Positions 53,791 through 61,756 of a stretch of 62,030 nt of DNA are shown piece by piece. The notes beneath the pieces were generated by a model. It did no database searches, had not been told where the DNA came from, and was given only the letters and a program-made list of their open reading frames with translations. The stretch comes from a virus (taxonomy: Duplodnaviria; Caudoviricetes): positions 1-62,030 of IMG/VR virus record IMGVR_UViG_3300046167_000632; one strand, written 5' to 3'. The translations under genes and the position numbers were made by a program. The stretch's first letter is position 1, and each line of letters opens with the position of its first letter.

Positions 53791-53958
53791 TTATATAGTT
53801 TTAAAAGTTATAAAGTTTTTAGTTAATAGTTTTGGAATATCAATATTAGAAGGATTATTAATAATTTTAAGTTTATTATTTAAAGTTATAATATTAATAT
53901 AATTATTAGTTAATAAGTTAGTAGTTTGTTTAATTTGGTATTTATTTATTAAAAACAT
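53791..53958 (-). CDS. 55-aa ORF with G-less coding strand (not in ORF track)
   Basis: MFLINKYQIKQTTNLL...FITFKTI*; fills the space between two repeat copies; 2 G in 168 nt. Confidence 0.55.
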   Translation of the reverse strand: MFLINKYQIKQTTNLLTNNYINIITLNNKLKIINNPSNIDIPKLLTKNFITFKTI

Positions 53959-54198
53959 AGTTATTATTTTTTAAAGTTTATTATTATTATTTATTTTCAT
54001 TAATATTATCCAATACTTAATTTATTTTGTTTGTAAAAGGTGTATAATTATTTATTAGTAAAAATAGTTACAGAAGTATAATACTCTTTCTCTTCTTGTA
54101 CAATACAGAAAGTTTCTCGTAGGACGGAGTCTACTCTTCCGATCTTGTTTCAGAATCAGGCCTGCAATGGAACACTAAACTTAGTTTCTCAAAAAGTG

Positions 54199-54241
54199 TG
54201 ACATTTGCCTATTAGATTAAGATAGTAACAGGCTATTGTCA
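54199..54241. promoter_or_regulatory. spaced palindrome copy B
   Basis: TGACATTTGCC-N21-GGCTATTGTCA. Confidence 0.7.
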
Positions 54242-54245
54242 CAGT

Positions 54246-54395
54246 TTACAGATGCTCATCAACTAGCATGTTGAGATCATCCCACAGTTTTCCAGTTTGT
54301 TTAGTATCATACACATCATAGATTGTATATACTTTATTGTCCACTGTCAATTCATAAAGATCATTGTCTTGATCAATTTTAAATGATACTACCAT
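54246..54395 (-). CDS. 49-aa acidic early peptide (not in ORF track)
   Basis: MVVSFKIDQDNDLYEL...LVDEHL*. Confidence 0.5.
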   Translation of the reverse strand: MVVSFKIDQDNDLYELTVDNKVYTIYDVYDTKQTGKLWDDLNMLVDEHL

Positions 54396-54559
54396 TGTTT
54401 TCTAGGATTAAATTTGATTTGTACAACATATTCATTTTTCTCTTGATCATCATCTCTGTGATCACAATATTCTGAGAAGTCTATTATTTTTGATTGATCC
54501 AGTGTATCATAAAATTTGTTGAGGTTTGAGATCCCTGTGATCATTTTTTCTATTATCAT
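54389..54559 (-). CDS. 56-aa early peptide (not in ORF track)
   Basis: MIIEKMITGISNL...NPRKQW*, preceded by AAT-rich leader. Confidence 0.5.
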   Translation of the reverse strand: MIIEKMITGISNLNKFYDTLDQSKIIDFSEYCDHRDDDQEKNEYVVQIKFNPRKQW

Positions 54560-54560
54560 A

Positions 54561-54620
54561 ATTATTAGTTTTATTATTATTAGTTTATTATTATTAGTTT
54601 ATTATTATTAGTTTATTATA
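54561..54620. repeat. 14-bp tandem repeat, ~4 copies
   Basis: (ATTATTATTAGTTT)n forming the leader of the 54559 ORF. Confidence 0.75.
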
Positions 54621-54778
54621 TTATTTAGTTGTGCTAAATTTTGTTTTAGGTTTTGAATATTATTAATTGAAATTAGGTGATTTTTTAGATAATTGTTTTT
54701 TAAGTGTTCTGGTGTAATTGTAGTTGAAGGGTGAAATAGATTTTTGTGAGTTAAGATTTGGTTGATTAATTTTTGCAT
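54608..54778 (-). CDS. 56-aa ORF with G-poor coding strand (not in ORF track)
   Basis: MQKLINQILTHKNLFHP...AQLNNIIN*; follows repeat copy 54808-54849; 3 G in 171 nt. Confidence 0.55.
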   Translation of the reverse strand: MQKLINQILTHKNLFHPSTTITPEHLKNNYLKNHLISINNIQNLKQNLAQLNNIIN

Positions 54779-54856
54779 AGTTGTTAATTATTTAAGTTAT
54801 TATTTATTTACATTTATATTATCCAAGTTGGATTTCGTTTTGTTTGTAGTAAGATC

Positions 54857-55087
54857 TTAATCAGTTATGATTAATGATCTTGTAACTACAGGCATTGAAG
54901 TTGATGAAGTGTATGATTTATACTTAGCCCAACAGTTCATTGTTTCAAGTTTTGGTTTCATAACATTGTATACATCGTCGTGATTGTACTTTGAAACTTT
55001 TCCGTTTTTGAATGTTACTTCAATGATTTGATTTTTTCCGATTAATGATTTGCGAACAACAAATCTTTTTGATTTTAAGATTGACAT
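54857..55087 (-). CDS. early protein, paralog of 53476-53703
   Basis: Shared SKRFV.RKSLIGKNQ and KYKSYTSSTS blocks. Confidence 0.8.
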   Translation of the reverse strand: MSILKSKRFVVRKSLIGKNQIIEVTFKNGKVSKYNHDDVYNVMKPKLETMNCWAKYKSYTSSTSMPVVTRSLIITD

Positions 55088-55185
55088 AATTTATTTATTT
55101 TATTTAGTTATTATTAATTATTTATTTCATATATATTATCCATTATATATATTATTTTGTTTGTAAGTAGTTTACGATAATTCGA

Positions 55186-55356
55186 TCAAGATTTCCTGGA
55201 TAGATCGAAATCGTTACGAGCTGCCCAAGCCTTGAGCTCAGGGATTGGACCGAAGAAGATCTCTTCGACTGATCCGCGTTGATCATGATCAAGCTCCGCG
55301 TAAAGCTTTTGGTGAAGACTCATTGAGATCTTATCAATTGTGGTAAGGTATGACAT
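55186..55356 (-). CDS. 56-aa first gene of the early arm (not in ORF track)
   Basis: MSYLTTIDKISMSLHQKLYAELDHDQRGSVEEIFFG...SRKS*; between two repeat copies. Confidence 0.6.
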   Translation of the reverse strand: MSYLTTIDKISMSLHQKLYAELDHDQRGSVEEIFFGPIPELKAWAARNDFDLSRKS

Positions 55357-55483
55357 ATTTTGTGATTTAGATGTAGAGCTTAATTGCTTACATATATATT
55401 ATCCATGATCATATGTGTTATGTTTGTGAAATCAGCTCTACGAAAATGATCGATGATCACAGTATGGATCGATCCTACGAGGC

Positions 55484-55517
55484 AAAACGTAAAACGTAAA
55501 ACGAAAAACGTAAAAAA
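55484..55517. repeat. 7-bp tandem repeat AAAACG(T/A) x4
   Basis: aaaacgt aaaacgt aaaacga aaaacgt in the divergence region. Confidence 0.75.
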
Positions 55518-55616
55518 TGTGGGGCCGTGGGCTAAATGAAAATGATTTTGTGATCAGGGGCCGTTGGTGAAAAAAGAGGTGTAACACTTTTACCCCTATA
55601 TATCTAACGAAAACTA

Positions 55617-55658
55617 TGACATTAGCCTTATAGAGTATATAGTAAGGGGCTATTGTCA
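55617..55658. promoter_or_regulatory. spaced palindrome copy C
   Basis: TGACATTAGCC-N20-GGCTATTGTCA; spacer is the reverse complement of copy A's spacer over CCTTACTATATA. Confidence 0.7.
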
Positions 55659-55715
55659 CATTATTGTAAAAAATAGCTGTTTTATGTGAGTATATATACT
55701 ATAATAAATAGAATT

Positions 55716-56033
55716 ATGGCTAAACCAAAGAAAAAGGGAGGACCTATACAAAAGTTATCACCTACTGGGCGTGCTAGAAAGGCTGCTAGAGACGTGTGTT
55801 ATGCTAAAGGATGGGTATGGAACAAAGATAATGGTACATGCTCTAAATCTGGAGAGGGAACATCGACAAATGCTTTGCAGAGAAAAGAGAAAAAGGCAGA
55901 AAATCAAAGAATAGGGCAGAATAGTAGCACAGATATACACCATATTGGTGGTAAATTAGGTAAAACTAAAAGAGTACCAACTGGTAGCAACAGAGGAGAT
56001 AGCGGAGATGGCACAAAGAACGACAGAGAATAA
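55716..56033 (+). CDS. basic protein with HNH-like C-terminus
   Basis: 'TDIHHIGG...RVPTGSNRG'; probable ATG at 55716. Confidence 0.5.
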   Translation: MAKPKKKGGPIQKLSPTGRARKAARDVCYAKGWVWNKDNGTCSKSGEGTSTNALQRKEKKAENQRIGQNSSTDIHHIGGKLGKTKRVPTGSNRGDSGDGTKNDRE

Positions 56034-56048
56034 TCAAAAAAATAAAAC

Positions 56049-58158
56049 ATGGCAATAATATATTCATATCCAGTAGCATCAGCTGTTGAAGCTGGTGATC
56101 TAGTGATAGGTACTGATACAACTGGTAAGCAAACAAAAAACTTCACGCTGCAGTCGATAGTTGACTTGGTACCTGATAATGTAAACGGTACAGTAGGTAC
56201 TATACCAGTATTTACAGGAACTAAAGCTATAGGTGATTCTTGGATTATTCAGACCCTTAACCCAAGTGTAAGCTCTGGAAAACTGGTATATGTTGAGGGC
56301 AGCCTTGGTGTAGACGCATCGGCAACTGTTGCTGAATTTTTTGAGGTTGGTGGAAGTGCTAATATACTTGGTAGTCTAACTGTTGGCGTGAACCCATATC
56401 CAAACATGCCAAACTCTCATCTAAAAGCACCTGCATTAACCGCGGTAAAAGCAACATATGGCTCTACAGATGTAAGAGAAGGTATAGTTTATATAGGTGG
56501 TTGGATTGATGATGCTTCTGGTGGTTCCACTTATTCTGACTATACATTAAATTTGTATACAAAAAATCAGTTTGATGATCCAGTCACTTTTACCGACGCT
56601 AAGGCTTTTGAATATAAGTTTAACGATGGCTACGTATTCGCTAGAATTCAGGCAGAAGACTATGCTGGCGGTAATATAAATCCTTTATGGGAAATAGGTG
56701 ATGTAGAATCAGAGAATACCACATATGCGTGGAGAGTTAATTTTGGTAACTACGCTGAGTTCTCTAGTAAATACCTCGGTGTTACGGCTTTTAAGGTAAC
56801 ACCTTCAAGTGTTGAAGTAAATACACCACTAGCTTTAACAGATGATATCGATATGAACGCGTCTGGTAAAATAATAGATCTATTAGACCCTACAGATCCG
56901 CAAGATGCAGCAACAAAAAGTTATGTTGATGCTGGTAACACTGGTCAAGTAACAGGAACAGGCACAAACGGATCTTTACCACTATGGTCAGATGGGCCAA
57001 ACGGGGTGTTAGGTAACTCTGCTATTAAACAACATATGGGTAACAATATTACTATAGGGTCACCTAACGTTGGTTCACAAGGTAACTATACTTTATCTGT
57101 GGGTAACGGCAATGACTTTGCTAGTGGCGCAGCAAGAGTTTTAGCTGTAGGTAACGAAAATGGCTTTGCTAGTGGCACAGCAAGAGTTTTAGCTGTAGGA
57201 CTTGGTAACGTTGTGATGGACCCGACAGGTGTTGTGGACTCAGCTATTATAGGTTTATCTAATCAAGTTCAAGGTAGTTATTCATTAACTGTTGGGCAAA
57301 ACAATCAAACGAATAGCGGAACTAGCTTTGTGGCTGGTATTGATAATATTACTTCTTCAGGCGTTCCAAGACAATTTGTAATTGGTAGAGAAAACGCTGT
57401 AGATTCTATTGACACTATTGTTTTAGGTGACAGAAATATAGTTACAGAAACAGGTGATGGTTTTGGGTCTATGATGGTGTTTGGGCACTTAAACGATGTA
57501 AAAGGTGATCGTATACTTTGTTTAGGTACGTCTAATATTGTAAACAGCGACAATCAAGGAGCTTATATTATTGGTGCTGGTAGTAGTTCTACTGCTGATA
57601 GAACATATTCAGTTGGTCAACAAAATGCAATTACTGGCAATGAGTCCTATGCTTTTGGAAAGTCTAATACAATCGCAGCTTCTGCATCTGTGGCCGTTGG
57701 TACTAACAATAGTATATCTGCTGTTGAAAAAGCATATGCATTTGGTTTTGGAAATGATAATATTAATTTTAAATCATTTGCAATAGGGGATAATAACGAT
57801 GTTTTAAGTGCACAAAGAACTTATTTAATTGGTAGAGAAAATAAACCCGCTACGGACAATACATTATTCTAGGGCAATACTCTGACCCTAGTGTTCTTAG
57901 GACGAGTAACATAAACTGGTAGGATCAACCGTAGCTTTCGGGGTTGGGGTAAACAATGGAATAAGACGAACAGCTTGGGAGTTCAGGGGCAAACCAACAT
58001 CCACAGGCGATACAAGTGCGGGTGACTCTATGCAGATTATGGCGTGGGCTTTGCTCTATAGCACTTCTTATGCGGATGACACGGCGGCAGCGGCAGGTGG
58101 AGTTGAAGTAGGACAATTATATAGAACTGGAAGTACAGTTAAAATAAGAATGACATAA
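56049..58158 (+). CDS. tail fibre / receptor-binding protein with YadA-like beta-roll repeats (C-terminus frameshifted)
   Basis: DPTDPQDAATKSYVD stalk motif; repeated 'xxxG..N' units; end YADDTAAAAGGVEVGQLYRTGSTVKIRMT* in another frame. Confidence 0.75.
57102..57199 (+). repeat. 48-bp in-frame tandem duplication in tail fibre
   Basis: GNGNDFASGAARVLAV / GNENGFASGTARVLAV, near-identical DNA. Confidence 0.85.
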
Positions 58159-58168
58159 AATAAAACAA

Positions 58169-58483
58169 ATGGCAAATTGGAAAGTATTAGAAATGAATCA
58201 CCAAGTATCAGATGGGTATGTAGTGGAAGTTACTACGGTGTGCGAGAAAAAAGACGGTCCTGGTTATGCTCGTAAAGTGTTTATTAGTGAATACGAAGGT
58301 GTACCGGGGACTGGCTATATTCCCTACGAAGATCTTACTGAAGAAGTGGTATTGAGCTGGGTTAAAGATGATTTAGGGGCTGGGGTTGTTTTACAAACAG
58401 AAACAAATATAGACGCGGCAGCTTTAGCTAACAAGGAAGCTATTGTGAATCCCCCGCTTAAGAGTGGGGTACCATGGGTATAA
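58169..58483 (+). CDS. tail-fibre-associated small protein
   Basis: 'YIPYEDLTEEVVLSWVK...GVPW' motif; follows the fibre. Confidence 0.6.
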   Translation: MANWKVLEMNHQVSDGYVVEVTTVCEKKDGPGYARKVFISEYEGVPGTGYIPYEDLTEEVVLSWVKDDLGAGVVLQTETNIDAAALANKEAIVNPPLKSGVPWV

Positions 58484-58609
58484 AAAATAAACAACTTAAT
58501 AACGCCTACTAGTGTAACGCTTGAAATAAAATAGTAAAAAACACATAAAAAGAGTAATAATAAAATTACTAGTTATATTACAATCAAATAAAATTTAATC
58601 AAATAAACT

Positions 58610-60163
58610 ATGGATGCAATAGTTAAAAATCTAAACTTCGGAGAGAAGGCTAGAAAAAACGTCTATGAGGGTATAGACAAGTTAACAAAAGCTGTAAGCT
58701 CTACATTAGGTGCTAGCGGTAAATGCGTTATGCTAGAAGATCACACTGGTAAACCAATAATAACAAAAGACGGTGTTACAGTGGCAGAGTCAGTTATATT
58801 AAGAGATCCAGTTGAAAACATGGGAGCTACGCTTTTAAAAGAAGCGGCTCGTAAAACTGTTAAAGAGGCTGGCGATGGTACAACTACAGCTACAGTACTT
58901 GCTCATGCAATACTTACTGAGGCTTACGAAGTCTTAGATAAAACAAATAGTAGAGATTTAAAAGAAGGTATTGACAAGTCTGTTGAAGCTGTTGTAGATT
59001 ACTTAAAAGAGAACTCTGTAGAAGTAACTGATGACATGCTAGATCAAGTAGCTACTATATCAACCAACAACGATCCTGAATTAGGTAAGATAATTGGTGA
59101 TGCTTTTAGGTTAGTTGACTTAACAGGTGTTGTCGTAATGGAACCTACAGAAGATAATGAAACTTCGGTTGAATTAGTCGAAGGTGTAGAGTATGACAAA
59201 GGACTTGTAAACTCACATTTTGTAACAAGCAAAACAAAAAGAGCTGCAGAACTTGAAAACGCTTTAGTGTTAATAGTAGAATCACCAGTTGAGTCTATAA
59301 GAAAAATACAAAGTGTTTTAGAATATGTTATAAAGAATAACAAGGCTTTATTAGTCATAGCTGATTGTGAACAAAGCGTTATATCGGCACTGGCAATGAA
59401 TAAGGTTAAGGGTAATATAAAAGTAAACGTCATAAACGCACCTACATATGGTGTAAGCAAAAAAGATACATTAAATGACTTAGCACTATTAACTGGCGCT
59501 ACAGTTATAAATGAAGATCTTGGAGATGATATGGACCTTATACAACCAGAATATCTAGGAAGTTGCTTAAAAAGCATTACAACAGACCTAGAGACTATAA
59601 TACAAGTAGAGGATAATAATCCAGATGTAGAAAAACTAGTCAAAGACTTAAGACATCAAATAGAAACAACTAAAAATCCTAACGAGATAATAAGACTAGA
59701 AAGAAGACTTGGTAGAATATCGGCTAAGGTTGCTATTGTCAAGGTTGGGGCAAATTCTGAAATAGAATTAAAAGAAAAACAGGATAGGGTTGAAGACGCT
59801 ATCTGTGCTACTAAAGCCGCAATAAAAGAAGGTATTGTTTCTGGTGGTGGCATTGCACTCCTAAATGCATCAAACAAAATAAAAGCAAAAACAGTAGGGG
59901 AGAAAGTTTTATTGAAGGCAATAAAGGCTCCATTTAAAACAATACTAAGTAATGCCGGTATAGATAAATACGACAAGCCTGATGCTGATGGTAAAGGATT
60001 AAACGTGGTTACAGGAAATATGGTAAATATGATAGACTCAGGAATTATCGATCCTTTACTAGTAACTAAAAGCGCTTTAAGAAACGCGGCTTCTGTAGCA
60101 TCAACAATACTATCTACTGATTGTGTAATTAATAACTTGAGGATTGATGATAGCAATAGGTAG
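58610..60163 (+). CDS. groEL: chaperonin GroEL
   Basis: [44 protein letters not shown]. Confidence 0.97.
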   Translation: MDAIVKNLNFGEKARKNVYEGIDKLTKAVSSTLGASGKCVMLEDHTGKPIITKDGVTVAESVILRDPVENMGATLLKEAARKTVKEAGDGTTTATVLAHAILTEAYEVLDKTNSRDLKEGIDKSVEAVVDYLKENSVEVTDDMLDQVATISTNNDPELGKIIGDAFRLVDLTGVVVMEPTEDNETSVELVEGVEYDKGLVNSHFVTSKTKRAAELENALVLIVESPVESIRKIQSVLEYVIKNNKALLVIADCEQSVISALAMNKVKGNIKVNVINAPTYGVSKKDTLNDLALLTGATVINEDLGDDMDLIQPEYLGSCLKSITTDLETIIQVEDNNPDVEKLVKDLRHQIETTKNPNEIIRLERRLGRISAKVAIVKVGANSEIELKEKQDRVEDAICATKAAIKEGIVSGGGIALLNASNKIKAKTVGEKVLLKAIKAPFKTILSNAGIDKYDKPDADGKGLNVVTGNMVNMIDSGIIDPLLVTKSALRNAASVASTILSTDCVINNLRIDDSNR

Positions 60164-60407
60164 GAATTTAATAATAAACAAACATAAAGTAGGTACTGCT
60201 AAAACAAAAGGTGGTTTACTACTTGCTGAATCTCAAAGAGAGGATATACGATATATACAAGCTGACGTTGTTAGTGTTGGTAATGAGGTTGAAGGTATTA
60301 AAACTGGAGATCAAATATACTACGATAAACACGCTGGGCACGGTATAGAGCATAATGGTGAAAAATATCATATTATAAGATTTCAAGACGTAGTTGTTGT
60401 TTTATGA
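60147..60407 (+). CDS. groES: co-chaperonin GroES
   Basis: KTKGGLLL mobile loop, VVSVG, IKTGDQI; adjacent to groEL. Confidence 0.85.
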   Translation: MIAIGRNLIINKHKVGTAKTKGGLLLAESQREDIRYIQADVVSVGNEVEGIKTGDQIYYDKHAGHGIEHNGEKYHIIRFQDVVVVL

Positions 60408-60847
60408 AAAGGCTAGAAGCAAGGGACATAAAAGATATGAACTTGTTGAAACACTATCGAGTAATAAGACGGTGGGCTTGCAGGAACAACAACCTTAATG
60501 ATGCTGATTTAGAGCTATTAATATATCTTGATTGTATGGACCTATTTTCAAAGCACGACTTTGAAATGGGTGTATACTCTTATAGTTGGGATAACAGGCG
60601 TTGGAACAGGCTTTTAAAAGAGGGTTGGATAACAGTTTGGCGCCATAGAAACAGGAAAGATATAAAATATAGTATATACAAGGTATCTTTCAAGTGTAAG
60701 CAACTTATAAATAGAATATACAAAGTAATGCTAGGTGAAGAAGATATACCGACAGGTAAATCAAATAGCATTATAACAGGAGAAACTTACACTGATAAAG
60801 TGTTAAGAACGTCAATAAGAAACATTAATAGAGATAAAAATAGATAA
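60404..60847 (+). CDS. hypothetical protein, possible winged-helix
   Basis: 'LNDADLELLIYL...RLLKEGWI' pattern. Confidence 0.55.
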   Translation: MKRLEARDIKDMNLLKHYRVIRRWACRNNNLNDADLELLIYLDCMDLFSKHDFEMGVYSYSWDNRRWNRLLKEGWITVWRHRNRKDIKYSIYKVSFKCKQLINRIYKVMLGEEDIPTGKSNSIITGETYTDKVLRTSIRNINRDKNR

Positions 60848-60848
60848 T

Positions 60849-61190
60849 ATGTACACACCACTAGATTTAAATGCTAAGCAAGAGGCTAACCTAAATGAAG
60901 GATTAAAAGCAGCTATAGAAGCTAAAGAAGGTAAAGGTGCACCAACTCAAATGGGTTATGACGCACCAGCAAAGCAGGTTGTAGTAGACCCTATGACAGG
61001 GATGCCTACGCAACAAGAAGAGATGACAAACGTGCCACCTCAACAATATAACACAATGGGTAATGCTAGGCCAATTTTTTCAAAACAAGCACAATTGTAT
61101 TCTGAAAAAATAAATGGTACGTTTCCAGAAAGACAAAATTCAGTTTTTGCTTCGCCTGTGTTTAAGAAAGATTGTAATAAAAAATACTAA
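60849..61190 (+). CDS. hypothetical low-complexity protein
   Basis: 113-aa P/Q-rich ORF. Confidence 0.55.
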   Translation: MYTPLDLNAKQEANLNEGLKAAIEAKEGKGAPTQMGYDAPAKQVVVDPMTGMPTQQEEMTNVPPQQYNTMGNARPIFSKQAQLYSEKINGTFPERQNSVFASPVFKKDCNKKY

Positions 61191-61191
61191 T

Positions 61192-61392
61192 ATGAAAGAC
61201 ATTAAACAATTAAAAGTAGATTTAGCCGGTCAAGTAGGTGAAAACGCTATATGGGATGGACCTCTAAGTAAAGAAGGTTTTCCAATGGGTAAAGGATCTA
61301 GTTCAGGTTCTCAAGGTATGGAGGTTAGTAAAGCCGACTGTGGTTGCGACTCTGTAAAAGGACCTATCACTTCAAGAGCTAAGGCATATTAA
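61192..61392 (+). CDS. hypothetical protein
   Basis: Probable start MKDIKQLK at 61192. Confidence 0.5.
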   Translation: MKDIKQLKVDLAGQVGENAIWDGPLSKEGFPMGKGSSSGSQGMEVSKADCGCDSVKGPITSRAKAY

Positions 61393-61395
61393 TAA

Positions 61396-61755
61396 ATGAA
61401 GTTTAAGTACTTTACTTACGATGAGTTTGATTGCCCAAGCCTAAAAGGTAGTGGTAAAAAAGTGAGTGATGAGCTAATAAGCATGCTAGATATTGTTCGT
61501 AAAAAGTACGGTAAGTCAATAACTATAAACTCAGGGTATAGAACACCTGAGAGAAATGAAAAAGTAGGTGGTAAACCTGGTTCATCTCATTTAAAAGGAT
61601 TAGCAGTTGATATTGCGTGTAAAAACTCTACAGATAGATTAAAACTGACAAGTGTATTACTAGAGGTTGGATTCAGTAGAATAGGTATGGGCTCAACATT
61701 TATACATGTAGATATAGATAAAGATAAATCACAAAACGTCCTTTGGACATATTAA
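61396..61755 (+). CDS. peptidase M15 family (endolysin-like)
   Basis: INSGYR, SSHLKGLAVD (SxHxxGxAxD), FIHVD. Confidence 0.88.
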   Translation: MKFKYFTYDEFDCPSLKGSGKKVSDELISMLDIVRKKYGKSITINSGYRTPERNEKVGGKPGSSHLKGLAVDIACKNSTDRLKLTSVLLEVGFSRIGMGSTFIHVDIDKDKSQNVLWTY

Positions 61756-61756
61756 T

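Larger units (their letters stand above)
47285..55429 (-). repeat. dispersed 42-bp promoter-like repeat, 10 copies
   Basis: Minus-strand consensus TTACAAACAAAA-N12-TGGATAATATA(A/T)ATGTAA at ~47285-47326, 49113-49154, 50281-50322, 52313-52354, 52783-52824, 53746-53787, 53995-54036, 54808-54849, 55125-55166, 55388-55429. Confidence 0.9.

Noticed and set aside
47285-55429. 42-bp repeats as a CRISPR array or integron attC sites
   Set aside because: Spacing is 250-2,000 bp and irregular, the middle 12 bp vary, the repeats are not palindromic, and no cas or integrase gene is present
55438-55659. ORFs 55438-55659 (-) and 45263-45466 (+) both starting MT(I/L)APYYI
   Set aside because: The similarity is a by-product of the shared palindrome DNA, not evidence of coding
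56049-58158. Diversity-generating retroelement acting on the tail fibre
   Set aside because: No reverse transcriptase ORF and no template/variable repeat pair differing at adenines was seen
59044-60156. Long antisense and alternate-frame ORFs (59044-59643, 59656-60156; also 3432-4040, 34638-35105, 27571-28050)
   Set aside because: Shadows of well-supported genes, with no recognisable motifs
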